Virus record (IMG/VR): IMGVR_UViG_3300010938_000951
Span: 202,900-266,899 of that record
Length of the DNA stretch: 64,000 nucleotides
Strand: one strand, 5' to 3'
The stretch's first letter is position 1, and every line of letters starts with the position of its first letter. Shown here piece after piece: positions 9,244-18,993 of the stretch. Both the position numbers and the translations under genes were made by a program. The notes beneath the pieces were generated by a model. The model had not been told where the DNA came from. It searched no databases and saw only the letters and a program-made list of their open reading frames with translations.

Positions 9244-12200
9244 ATGACCGACTTTGTTTCTCTGCATAATCAGACGCAGTTTTCTATTCTTGATTCAATT
9301 ATTACACCAAAGGCCCTTTTCAAACGAGCAAAAGAGTTAGGACAAACAGCGATTGCAGTTACTGATCATGGCTCTTTAGCTGGAGCCTGGGATGCCTGGA
9401 AAGCTTCAAAAGAAACTGGTGTCAAACTTATTATTGGATGCGAGTGTTATTTTCAAGATGATGCATCTAATGTTAATGAAAAGTTCCGCCATATTGTATT
9501 GTTGGCGAAGAATGCCGTTGGATATCGTAATCTTTTGACGTTAAATAAGAAAGGTTTCGATCAGAGTTCTTTTGTAGGTAAGCGCGTTTATTCTGTACTT
9601 GATTGGAAGTTGCTGGAGCAGCATGCTGAGGGTTTAATTTGTTTAACAGCATGTGGTAATGGTATCATCAGCCAACCTATTATGAAGGGTAAAATGGATG
9701 AAGCAGAGAAAACTCTATTGCGACTTAAAGATTTGTTCGGTGATAATTTAGGTATTGAAATTCAGCCTAACAATATGAAGCGCGGTTCAAATATTTTTAA
9801 TGATGAAATCGATCAAGATTTTTTGAACAGACAATTAGTGAAGCTTGGCAAGAAACACAATGTTCGTGTTGTGGCTGCCTGTAATGCTCATTATCTAACT
9901 AAAGAAGATGCGGATGTACATGATGCATTCCTTGCTATTGGTGCGCATCAACCAAAGCATTCTGGTTTTCGTTTAAAGTATCCTGTACCAGAATTTTATC
10001 TCAAAACTGGCGATGAAGTTAAAGAGTTTTTTGCCAGAGTGTATCGCGATGACGCACAAACATTCGTTGACAATTCTGTATATTTTGCTAATCTGTGTGA
10101 AAAGCCTGAGTGGATTGATCCAAAGTTTTCCAATCCATCTGGCAAAGAGCTTCCTGTATTTCCTGTTAAAGATGAACCAGATTATCTGGAATTCCGTGAC
10201 TGGGTTATTCAGCAATCAGAAAGCATTCAAAAATTAGAGGAAGACAAGCTTTTCTTACGTTATCGTTGTATTAAACGTTTTGATTCTCGTGTAAAGAACC
10301 TTACTCCAGAGCAGCGTGAACAATATAATAAACGCATAGAAGAAGAGTTAGATGTTTTAGAGTACCACGGATTCTCCAGCTATATGCTCATTGTAGCAGA
10401 TTTTATAGAATGGGCTAGAAAAAATGAAATTGCTGTTGGTGAAGGCCGCGGCTCTGTTGGTGGTTCACTAGTAGCGTATTTGCTAGGAATCCATCAAGCA
10501 GATCCGATTAAATATAATTTGATTTTTGCTAGATTCCACAACAAAGAGAAGTCCAGCTTCCCTGATATTGATACCGACTTTGCACCGTCTGGTCGTGAAA
10601 AAGTACAAAACTATCTACGCCAGAAATATGGTGAAGATCATGTGGCGCACGTTAGTAACGTAAATACTATTACACCAAAAGTGTATGTTAAAGACATTGC
10701 TCGTATTTTTGAATTTGGCGGCTCTAAAGAGGAGGCGTTTAAGATTGGTAATGAAATCGCTAATTGTATTCCGGCGGAAATTCATTCTATTGAGGATGCA
10801 TTGGCAAAAGTTCCGCTATTTGCGGAATACGCCAAGAAATATCCAGAGTTCGAAAGATACAAGGATATCTGTGGAAAGTACCGTGCTTGGTCCACTCACG
10901 CCGGTGGTATTATCATCTCCGCTCGTCCCCTGACTGGACTTGTTCCACTCAGAAAGGATAAGGATGGAGCACTAGCTATTGAGTATGATAAGGATAAGGC
11001 CGAAGAAAATGGTCTAGTCAAAATGGATACCTTGGGCCTTTCAACTTTAGATATTATTGGCCAAGCTATGAAGCTGATCAAAGAGTCTGGAAAGACTCTT
11101 CCGGAAGATATTAATTATGACGAGTACGATCAAAGTGCTTACGATGTAATTTCAAATGGCGACACTTTCTGTGTCTTTCAGCTTGGAACATCTGGTGGAA
11201 CTATTGATTTGTGCAAACAAATCAAGCCAAGGTCTATCAATGATATTAGTTATATTAACTCACTTGCTCGCCCATCTGCTCGCGATATGAGAAAAGATTT
11301 TATCTTAACCAAAGATGGCAAGAAACCATTCGCACTACTACATCCTACTTTGGGTCGAGCATTTAATAATACATTTGGATTTGGTCTCTACGAAGAGTCT
11401 CTAATGTATTTAGCTCAAGATGTAGCTGGTTGGAGTTTGCACTCTGCTGACCGTTTGCGAAAACTTACGAAGGAAAAAGGTAAGAATCCCAAGAAAGCTC
11501 AAGAATGGCGCGCGGAATTTATTAAAGATGCCATTGCCAACAATGTTAATGAAAATATTGCTAAACGCATTTGGGATGAGGTCGTAGATAAATTCCAGGG
11601 TTATGGTTTTAATATGTCTCACTCTATCTTGTATTCTATGACAAGTTACAAGACAGCATACTTAAAAGCACACTACCCAATTGAATTTTTAATGGCCAAC
11701 TTAATGGCTGAAGTTAAGTCTAATGCACCAGATGCAAAAGGCAATATTGAGAAAATCAAAAAGGAAATTCGTAAACGTAGAGTTAAAATTGTTCCGCCTG
11801 ATATCAATAAATCACAACTCGCTTATACTATCGAAGATGGTAACAAACTAATTACTGGGCTAGATGCTATTAAATTTGTTGGTATTGATGCCATTAAGGA
11901 TATTATTGAGAAACGACCATTTACTAGCTTCTTTGATTTTATGTCTAGAGTTAGTTCGAAAACAGTACGTGCGAATAGTATTCAGGCTTTGGCGGCATGT
12001 GGCGCGCTTGATTCCTTCGGAATTTCTCGTAAGCTAATGTATCTGTATTGTTCAGATTACCGCAAGAAACTACAAGTGTGGCTTAAAAAGCACGATCCAA
12101 CTAAAGAAGAGTTTATTTATCCTTGGCCAGCAGAACCCAATTGGTCTATGCCGGAAATATATGCTTTAGAGCATTATTACCTTGGTGAATCATTTACTTG

Positions 12201-12756
12201 TAAACCTGCGTTAGCGTATGGTAAATTTTTTGATGGTGATGCTGTGACTGTTCAAGAAATTAAACGCATGAAAGATAAGGCCAATGTATCATCAGTGAAA
12301 GGTATTATTCGCGATTTCTTTGAATTCCGTGTTAAAAAAGAGGGCAAGTATTATGGTCAAGCCATGATCAAGGCTGTCATTGAAGACAAGAATGGCGATC
12401 AATGTACTTTAACTATTTTCCCGGATCGTTGGAAAATCGTACAAGAACGAATTCAAGAACTTAACAAAAAAGCCGAATTCGATATAGGTATAGCATTGTT
12501 CTTCTCTGGTAACACGAATTCTTATGAAGACGACATGGGAATCATATTGGATCAATTATACCACATTGCATTACCGCCCTCTCTTCCGGCCGATCTAAAA
12601 GCTAAGAAAATAAACCTTAAAGAGGCAAAAGCTAAGCTTTTCGGAGAAGTACCCGAGGAAAAACCTAAGAGTCCTCAAGAGATACTTGATCAAATAGAGG
12701 ATACTTTATATGATGAGGGTCTTATCGACTTGGATGACGAATCTGAGGATGACTGA
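9244..12756 (+). CDS. dnaE: DNA polymerase III alpha subunit (family C)
   Basis: PHP domain (TDHG, GCECY, CNAHY), GRGSVGGSLVAY, catalytic PDIDTDF, HAGG, KMDTLGL, YGFNMSHS, C-terminal OB fold; GGAGG RBS before ATG 9244; no intein seen. Confidence 0.97.
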   Translation: MTDFVSLHNQTQFSILDSIITPKALFKRAKELGQTAIAVTDHGSLAGAWDAWKASKETGVKLIIGCECYFQDDASNVNEKFRHIVLLAKNAVGYRNLLTLNKKGFDQSSFVGKRVYSVLDWKLLEQHAEGLICLTACGNGIISQPIMKGKMDEAEKTLLRLKDLFGDNLGIEIQPNNMKRGSNIFNDEIDQDFLNRQLVKLGKKHNVRVVAACNAHYLTKEDADVHDAFLAIGAHQPKHSGFRLKYPVPEFYLKTGDEVKEFFARVYRDDAQTFVDNSVYFANLCEKPEWIDPKFSNPSGKELPVFPVKDEPDYLEFRDWVIQQSESIQKLEEDKLFLRYRCIKRFDSRVKNLTPEQREQYNKRIEEELDVLEYHGFSSYMLIVADFIEWARKNEIAVGEGRGSVGGSLVAYLLGIHQADPIKYNLIFARFHNKEKSSFPDIDTDFAPSGREKVQNYLRQKYGEDHVAHVSNVNTITPKVYVKDIARIFEFGGSKEEAFKIGNEIANCIPAEIHSIEDALAKVPLFAEYAKKYPEFERYKDICGKYRAWSTHAGGIIISARPLTGLVPLRKDKDGALAIEYDKDKAEENGLVKMDTLGLSTLDIIGQAMKLIKESGKTLPEDINYDEYDQSAYDVISNGDTFCVFQLGTSGGTIDLCKQIKPRSINDISYINSLARPSARDMRKDFILTKDGKKPFALLHPTLGRAFNNTFGFGLYEESLMYLAQDVAGWSLHSADRLRKLTKEKGKNPKKAQEWRAEFIKDAIANNVNENIAKRIWDEVVDKFQGYGFNMSHSILYSMTSYKTAYLKAHYPIEFLMANLMAEVKSNAPDAKGNIEKIKKEIRKRRVKIVPPDINKSQLAYTIEDGNKLITGLDAIKFVGIDAIKDIIEKRPFTSFFDFMSRVSSKTVRANSIQALAACGALDSFGISRKLMYLYCSDYRKKLQVWLKKHDPTKEEFIYPWPAEPNWSMPEIYALEHYYLGESFTCKPALAYGKFFDGDAVTVQEIKRMKDKANVSSVKGIIRDFFEFRVKKEGKYYGQAMIKAVIEDKNGDQCTLTIFPDRWKIVQERIQELNKKAEFDIGIALFFSGNTNSYEDDMGIILDQLYHIALPPSLPADLKAKKINLKEAKAKLFGEVPEEKPKSPQEILDQIEDTLYDEGLIDLDDESEDD

Positions 12757-12858
12757 TATATAAGACATTAGTTGATAATAAAATGCCCGACAAATCGGGA
12801 AAATGATATAGATGATATCATTTGTATACAAAATCTATGCATAGTAAGGAATGAAGTT

Positions 12859-13803
12859 ATGCCAAAGATAAAGCTAAAGGAATGGGCCGATAGACACAAT
12901 CTGTCTTACATTACCGCAAATAGACATTTCCACGCAGGATTAATTCCTGGGGCTAGTCAGCTTGACTCTGGCACAATTCTTGTAGAGGATGACTCACCGG
13001 AGCAAACTATGGCTGGAACTGCTAGCACAAATGATGCAATGTCTCTCTTTTTAAAGAAAACGGTTGAATTTAGTAAGAATAATTCTTCTGTAGAGGATTT
13101 TGCAGCTTATGTTATCTCGAATTTTAGACTACAATTGAATAATACCACTGAACATTCTCCTAGATATTCAAAAAATAGACCGAAATCAGAAGATGTACAA
13201 AAGCATTTCCAGCAATTTTTGCCAGATAAAGAGTCTCAAGAAAGATTAAAGGAAGTTAAAAACCTTATCAAGGAGGGCAAGCCTGCTGGTGAAGTTATCC
13301 CAGCCGGCCTGTCTCAACAGGCATCTGAACTATCTCAAGTATTAGGAAACGCTCCTCCATTTGAAAGAATTCATCCTGATCCAGATGGTTTAGGAGATGA
13401 ATTTAGACTTATGCTTTCTGAAGCAGCCGCAGGGATGGCTTCAGATGGAAGAACGCCTACTGAAGGTTTGGTATCACGAAGTGTTGATTTTAACACAACT
13501 CCACAACAAATCAACTATACCGGCTCTACAAGCCAAACCTTCAGTAGCACCTCTTCTATAATTGGTGGCATGTCTGTTAATGCTAGTCATTTAGCTGGGG
13601 GCGCCCCATTTGGAGAGGTTAGCACGAATGGAATATTTTTAGCAGCAACGCCAGCATCAGTTTCTGTTCCAGTTACTTTCCAGCCAACTCAAAAAGAATT
13701 ACTATCAGCCACTCAAGTTATAGAAACTGCCGAAGCTGATGATCTTAGTGAAACCAACGAATTCCCACGTAAGCGTGGCAGAAAACCATCCAAGAAGAGA
13801 TAA
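12859..13803 (+). CDS. MerR/IS607-like N-terminal HTH protein with C-terminal AT-hook-like motif
   Basis: KLKEWADRHNLSYITANRHFHAGLIP...SGTILV at the N-terminus and PRKRGRKP at the C-terminus; AAGGA RBS before ATG 12859. Confidence 0.6.
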   Translation: MPKIKLKEWADRHNLSYITANRHFHAGLIPGASQLDSGTILVEDDSPEQTMAGTASTNDAMSLFLKKTVEFSKNNSSVEDFAAYVISNFRLQLNNTTEHSPRYSKNRPKSEDVQKHFQQFLPDKESQERLKEVKNLIKEGKPAGEVIPAGLSQQASELSQVLGNAPPFERIHPDPDGLGDEFRLMLSEAAAGMASDGRTPTEGLVSRSVDFNTTPQQINYTGSTSQTFSSTSSIIGGMSVNASHLAGGAPFGEVSTNGIFLAATPASVSVPVTFQPTQKELLSATQVIETAEADDLSETNEFPRKRGRKPSKKR

Positions 13804-13805
13804 GA

Positions 13806-14825
13806 ATGCAATTACCTAATCGTTTATCTCAGTTGTTACAGAAACAAACTGATAGATTATTAAAAGACCTATTGTCTGAGAATCCTGATGTTCTTAAGAG
13901 TTATGTTAATGGTGGTCTTGCTGCCGTCGGTGCAGTATTAGCGCCAATTAATGTGTTTATGAGGCATTTATTAACAGTTCAGGGACTAGATCCTGATGCT
14001 GTGCCAGGAGAGAAACAAAGGGCATTGATACGGGCAGCTTTCAATAGTACATTTGAAAATAATCACGAAAAAGATTATGATGATGATTATGATGTTTCTT
14101 GGGTTCATAAAAAGTATAATTCTATAAAAGACAAATTCAATGTCACAGAAGATAAGTTTATGGCCCTAACTGATTTGTCAAAATTAGATAATGCCCCTCC
14201 AGTTTTGACAAAAGTAAAATTTGATGAGCTGGTTCAAGATATTAATCCAGTAGCTCCCGAGTCTGAGAAGCGCGAATTGCCTTTAGTTAAAACATATATG
14301 CAAGATGAAATTCAGGCGCTTAAAGAATTTGTGGAGACTATGGATAAACACAGCCAAAAGGCTGGAATTAAAACATCTACTAAAAAAGCCAATAAGGGTA
14401 AGAGGCCAGGCGCTAGAGTTCGTAGGGTAACCAGCTCTACAACCATCAAAGATGAACCAACAACATTAGAAGTGAAGTCTGATCGTGTTGTGCGACCATC
14501 ATCTAAGAAATTGCCAGCTCGTAATTTGAAAGATTTAACCGCACAAAAGAAAGAGAAAGTTAAAGCTATTAAAGAAGCAACCCCTGAATTTCAAGCAGAA
14601 TTAAAAGCAAAATTAGCAAAAGCAACAGAACTAACTAGTCTTATGATAGAAAAGGGACTTTGCAGAGCAGATGATCAATCTCGTAAAGATCAAATTGAAT
14701 CAATGTTGTCTTGGACAGATAATAATTTTGATGCACTAGAAAGAGTAATTAACAAATATTCTCCTACTAAAGATGCAGTGGCTGAGAATAAATTCAAGGG
14801 CTCTTTTAGAAGAGTTCAGAAATAA
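13806..14825 (+). CDS. hypothetical protein with basic central region
   Basis: 339-aa ORF in operon; ends FKGSFRRVQK. Confidence 0.75.
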   Translation: MQLPNRLSQLLQKQTDRLLKDLLSENPDVLKSYVNGGLAAVGAVLAPINVFMRHLLTVQGLDPDAVPGEKQRALIRAAFNSTFENNHEKDYDDDYDVSWVHKKYNSIKDKFNVTEDKFMALTDLSKLDNAPPVLTKVKFDELVQDINPVAPESEKRELPLVKTYMQDEIQALKEFVETMDKHSQKAGIKTSTKKANKGKRPGARVRRVTSSTTIKDEPTTLEVKSDRVVRPSSKKLPARNLKDLTAQKKEKVKAIKEATPEFQAELKAKLAKATELTSLMIEKGLCRADDQSRKDQIESMLSWTDNNFDALERVINKYSPTKDAVAENKFKGSFRRVQK

Positions 14826-14832
14826 GGTACAA

Positions 14833-15288
14833 ATGCCAATTAGACGTGTTCAACAACAATCAGACAGAGGAAGTATTCGTGATTTGCAAAATGGAGATGA
14901 CGAAAAGTATCCTCCAACTGACTACGAATTACGCGTAAAAGAATTGTATGAACACGCTTTGGTTACTAAAAATCAAGCCTTAGTTGACTCCCTGGGCTTG
15001 ATTCCAATTAATGGTTCTGCTAATGATCCAGTTTCTATTTTTAGACACCGTGAATATATAAAGTCTCTTAGTTCAGAACTGGCGGATAAAATACAACAGA
15101 CAGCTAAAGAGATTGAAGGTTGTTTACATGTGGATGAAACGTCTTTGCCACAAGAAGTTAAGTGGTCTAGATATAAACAGGCTCATTCTTTGGCGGCTAT
15201 TTGTGAGGATATTGATATAGTTAAAGTGGCAAGTGCTGATGGTGGTACTTATACTAGAGCGAAAAGAAGTTTTAGAAGGGTAATCTAA
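14833..15288 (+). CDS. hypothetical protein
   Basis: AAGGT RBS before ATG 14833; ends KRSFRRVI. Confidence 0.7.
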   Translation: MPIRRVQQQSDRGSIRDLQNGDDEKYPPTDYELRVKELYEHALVTKNQALVDSLGLIPINGSANDPVSIFRHREYIKSLSSELADKIQQTAKEIEGCLHVDETSLPQEVKWSRYKQAHSLAAICEDIDIVKVASADGGTYTRAKRSFRRVI

Positions 15289-16121
15289 TGAAGTGTGTAT
15301 CCTGCGAAACAGAAATTAATCCAAAATGGAAGCATGCGATAGACATAAATGTGTGTCCATTCTGTGGTAAACATATCATGGAAGAGCATCTTAAAAATTG
15401 TCTAACTACTTTGGCTGCTGCCATGGATGCTATGTTAAAATATCCTGAGCAGTTAGATGATTGGCTATTGTCAAATCATAATTATATCAAAACGGATTCT
15501 CCTAATCTGAAACAGTTTCTTCCCAAAGAGGCTTTTAAAGAAATTCGTAAAGAGCTTGATGAGCAAGAGTTTCAGGAAAAGAAAAAATCTATCGTCAAAA
15601 TTAAAGTACCTACTGACGACGGTGATATTGTGGAACAAGAAGTGGTTGTCGAGAAGATGGTTACTGATGACAGGACTCAAACATTCCATGATCGCGCAAA
15701 CAATATGTTGAAGCAAGAGAAAGCCGTGGATGGTGACCCTAAAAGTGTCGCCGCAAAAACTAGGGATCTTAAAGCGATGGCAGAAAAAATCAAGCGAGAA
15801 GTTGCCGCGCAAGCGGAAGGTGGTATGGCACCTATGATCAGCAAAGAGATGATGGCCGAAGCAGATCCAGAAGCTGTACGAGAATTTCAGTCCATGATTG
15901 CTTCTGGTGATATAGTGTCTTCAAGTTTGCCTGCTGCCGCTGATGGTGATGATGACGATATTCCAGATGTTGTATTGGCTATGGCTAATATGAAAAAATC
16001 TGGATCTAAAGATGGTGGGGCTAACGAAAAAGATTTACATGCATTAGCAAAAATGCAAGCTAAAGCGCAGGGAGCTTCTAAACGATTGGGTTCTGGTAAA
16101 GGAAGTTTTTCAAGGGGATAA
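15288..16121 (+). CDS. N-terminal Zn-ribbon protein
   Basis: CVSC...CPFC; ends GKGSFSRG. Confidence 0.7.
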   Translation: MKCVSCETEINPKWKHAIDINVCPFCGKHIMEEHLKNCLTTLAAAMDAMLKYPEQLDDWLLSNHNYIKTDSPNLKQFLPKEAFKEIRKELDEQEFQEKKKSIVKIKVPTDDGDIVEQEVVVEKMVTDDRTQTFHDRANNMLKQEKAVDGDPKSVAAKTRDLKAMAEKIKREVAAQAEGGMAPMISKEMMAEADPEAVREFQSMIASGDIVSSSLPAAADGDDDDIPDVVLAMANMKKSGSKDGGANEKDLHALAKMQAKAQGASKRLGSGKGSFSRG

Positions 16122-16124
16122 ACC

Positions 16125-16430
16125 ATGGCAGTCAGAGTCGTTGACAATAAGAAACTGGAAATGACAGATGATGAATGGGATATGTACCAAAAAATCTGCA
16201 AATCATATACAGATATGACGGGTAAGGGCGAAGACCTTTTCATGGATCTTTTTGAGACTAACGATGATGGAATTATTGTTTTTCTAAAGCCGCCCTCTAA
16301 AAGAAGAACGAGCTTAGAAGTATTTTTATTTTTGATGTCATTAATGCAACACCAACATTTACGATTAATGCACCAACAAATTGATGAAGCAGTGGCCGAA
16401 ATAAAGAAAAACAATAAGGCCACTAAATAA
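16125..16430 (+). CDS. hypothetical protein
   Basis: ORF in operon with RBS-like GGGG upstream. Confidence 0.7.
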   Translation: MAVRVVDNKKLEMTDDEWDMYQKICKSYTDMTGKGEDLFMDLFETNDDGIIVFLKPPSKRRTSLEVFLFLMSLMQHQHLRLMHQQIDEAVAEIKKNNKATK

Positions 16431-16484
16431 TTATTTGTCGAGAAAAAGTTCGCATAATTCAATTTAACAGGGAGAAAGACAAAC

Positions 16485-16994
16485 ATGAGCCAACCAGTAA
16501 GACTAGGCGATGTTTTAGGTTCTAACCTTGAGGAAGATTTCAAGAATTTCGACCTCACGGAAATTCAAAAAGTATTAGAACAGCTAAGGGATGCAGATGC
16601 TATTGATTTGGCACATGCAGAGCTTTTACAACAACAAGCATTAAGGGGAGCAGATATCTTAGCAGATTATCTAGCTAAGATGGTAAAGACAGTAGCGTAT
16701 CTAGAATCGAAAGTGAATAGTACGAAGAATAAAGTGTCCTTAGATTATGTTGCGCCAGATGGCTCAAGAACGACAGTGGACATGAAGAAATGGGCAGGAG
16801 AATCATCGCCCGAAGTCGAAGCAGTACAAATAAAATTAGCAGAAGCCAAGGGCGGTAAGATGGCCCTGGACCGAAAATACGAGATTTTAATCAAAGCTCA
16901 CCACCATTTTAAAGATATTGCGGGCGGGCTTCGAAAGACGATCCTCGGTTATAGTTCAGGGGCTGGCAACGCACCTGGCGAAGGCTACGAATAA
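16485..16994 (+). CDS. helical protein, possible UvsY-like recombination mediator
   Basis: Coiled-coil character, size and position immediately before recA; function is inference only. Confidence 0.4.
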   Translation: MSQPVRLGDVLGSNLEEDFKNFDLTEIQKVLEQLRDADAIDLAHAELLQQQALRGADILADYLAKMVKTVAYLESKVNSTKNKVSLDYVAPDGSRTTVDMKKWAGESSPEVEAVQIKLAEAKGGKMALDRKYEILIKAHHHFKDIAGGLRKTILGYSSGAGNAPGEGYE

Positions 16995-17005
16995 GAGGAG
17001 AAAAA

Positions 17006-18205
17006 ATGTCAGATGATAAGAAAAAGAAAGCCGATAAGCTAACCGCATTTTTCCGAAGTTTCGCAGATGCAGACGCTCAGCTAGACGTTAGACTTGCCCA
17101 TGAAACCGTGGGAGAAAAGTTGCCAGTCATTTCGACGGGCTCATTAGCTCTTGATGATGCACTTTCATCCGGTGGATTGCCAAAAGGTAGATTAATTCAA
17201 TATTATGGCGCTCCTGGTAGCGGTAAAACTTTGATGACCATGTTGGCAATCAAAGAAGCACAACTTCAAGATCCAACATCTCAACAAATGTTTATTGATG
17301 CTGAAGGTACTTTTGATGCCAAATGGGCAGAGACTTTAGGGTTAGATTCATCTAGAATTATTGTTGTTGACGGTGAAACGGCTGTTATTGGTCGTAACTG
17401 TTTTGAGATGATTCTTGGCGTTCCAAAAGAAGACAAAAAGACTCATGAGCTAGTCGGCAAATCGAAACAAGGCTTGCTCGATATGATTATGGCAGGAGAG
17501 TTTAATATCAATATGGTTGTATTAGACTCACTTGGTGCCATTATTCCACCAGGCGAAGATGTTTCGGTTGTTGGAAAGATGAATATGGCCTTATTGGCAA
17601 GGTTCTTAACTACTACTTTCCGTAAGCTTTCTCTTGATGCAAATAGAGCGCAAGTGCCATTTATTTTCATCAATCACAAGAAAGCTAATATGGATCCTTA
17701 TGGTGTGGACCATTCGTTCTCTGGCGGAAATACTTATGCTCACTTCTTGAGCGCTAACGTTTACTTTGAAGCGGTAGCACGTGCAGATGCACAAATCTTG
17801 GATGAAAAAGAGCAAAAGGTCGGACATACGATGCGTGCAACCATTGAAAAATCGAAGTTTGGCCCTTACCCACGTAAGTGCGAATTCAAAGTTAACTTCG
17901 GAATCGGCGTTATAGATAAGCACGAAGAAATCGCACAATTAGCTGTTGATTACAATGTAATTGTAAAGACCTCTACTGTAACCCATGAATATGGCGATCA
18001 GAAATGGGTCGGATTCAACAAAGTGTGTGAAGCTATTAAAGACAATCCTGCATTAGCTGAGGAGTTGGTTGTTAAAATTGGCCAAGCTCGTGAAGCAAAG
18101 TGGGATGCAGCCCGCAAGGAACAAGAGGCAAAAAAAGCCAGTGTAACTGCCAGTGATGATGCTGGTCTTGAAGTAGAATCAAAAAAGAGTAAGAAAGGTA
18201 AGTAA
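17006..18205 (+). CDS. recA: RecA/UvsX recombinase
   Basis: ISTGSLALDDALSSGGLPKGRLIQYYG, Walker A GAPGSGKT, FIDAEG, VVLDSL, FINH, GGN. Confidence 0.95.
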   Translation: MSDDKKKKADKLTAFFRSFADADAQLDVRLAHETVGEKLPVISTGSLALDDALSSGGLPKGRLIQYYGAPGSGKTLMTMLAIKEAQLQDPTSQQMFIDAEGTFDAKWAETLGLDSSRIIVVDGETAVIGRNCFEMILGVPKEDKKTHELVGKSKQGLLDMIMAGEFNINMVVLDSLGAIIPPGEDVSVVGKMNMALLARFLTTTFRKLSLDANRAQVPFIFINHKKANMDPYGVDHSFSGGNTYAHFLSANVYFEAVARADAQILDEKEQKVGHTMRATIEKSKFGPYPRKCEFKVNFGIGVIDKHEEIAQLAVDYNVIVKTSTVTHEYGDQKWVGFNKVCEAIKDNPALAEELVVKIGQAREAKWDAARKEQEAKKASVTASDDAGLEVESKKSKKGK

Positions 18206-18207
18206 TT

Positions 18208-18558
18208 ATGCCAATTGATTTGGGCCCTAATAGTCTTTTAGGTGCACAAGCACCTTCGCTCAAGAAACCTCCATTTCTAATTACATTAGAAGATGGTGTT
18301 TCAGGGAAGACTCGTAATTTTCAGAGATTTATTTCTTTGGATAAGCCTGAATCTGTAAACGGCTTTGTCCAAGTCAAAGGAATTTTCTGTGATAAAGACG
18401 AAGACGAAATAATCAAAAGCTTTGCGGACATCTTGACAAATACTTCTAAAGAATTAATTTTGGAGATGATGTTTCCGCTACACAGAATTCATAGCATTAG
18501 AAGTTTAGTATTTAATGCAGTGAAATCTGTAACAACCCCCAATAAAGAATCTAAGTAA
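18208..18558 (+). CDS. hypothetical protein
   Basis: ORF in operon. Confidence 0.7.
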   Translation: MPIDLGPNSLLGAQAPSLKKPPFLITLEDGVSGKTRNFQRFISLDKPESVNGFVQVKGIFCDKDEDEIIKSFADILTNTSKELILEMMFPLHRIHSIRSLVFNAVKSVTTPNKESK

Positions 18559-18587
18559 GATATTATGGTTATGAAAGCGAGTAATAG

Positions 18588-18908
18588 ATGAAAAGGAATG
18601 TTCGTAAAGTTTATCTAGGTACTGTTTGGCCAGACCCAGCAGACATAGATGAGTTGGTCTTTACAAAGATCAATACGGTATTAAGTGGCCAATCTGGTAG
18701 CAACTGGACTGGAACAATGTCAAAACTGATGACTGCTATTAACAGAGTTTCTAGCAGGCGTCAGAGAGATCAATTGCCCGGTTCCCCTGGTGCTCTCAGA
18801 GTGGTAATCAATAGAATAGCCAATAGGCTACGTAACAGAGGTATTGGAGTAAGATTTGGCCGTACCACTGACCACGCCCGCACTCGTTACGTAAGATTTA
18901 CACAATAA
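18588..18908 (+). CDS. small basic protein, possible winged-helix DNA-binding protein
   Basis: Arg-rich; helix-helix-beta hairpin pattern (WTGTMSKLM...ALRVVINRIANRLRNRGIGVRFGR). Confidence 0.5.
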   Translation: MKRNVRKVYLGTVWPDPADIDELVFTKINTVLSGQSGSNWTGTMSKLMTAINRVSSRRQRDQLPGSPGALRVVINRIANRLRNRGIGVRFGRTTDHARTRYVRFTQ

Positions 18909-18993
18909 TGTGATAGAGCTACGATCGATTGTTTTGTTAAGTAGATAAACGTACTAGAAAAGTACAAAGAAGAAATAACATTTGGAGATCAAA

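Noticed and set aside
12859-13803. IS607-type transposon
   Set aside because: Only the HTH resembles TnpA; no serine-recombinase domain, TnpB or element ends
15887-16558. 223-aa minus-strand ORF and similar long antisense ORFs (44048-44596, 61928-62488, 8252-8671)
   Set aside because: Fully overlap well-supported plus-strand genes and have no motifs or RBS
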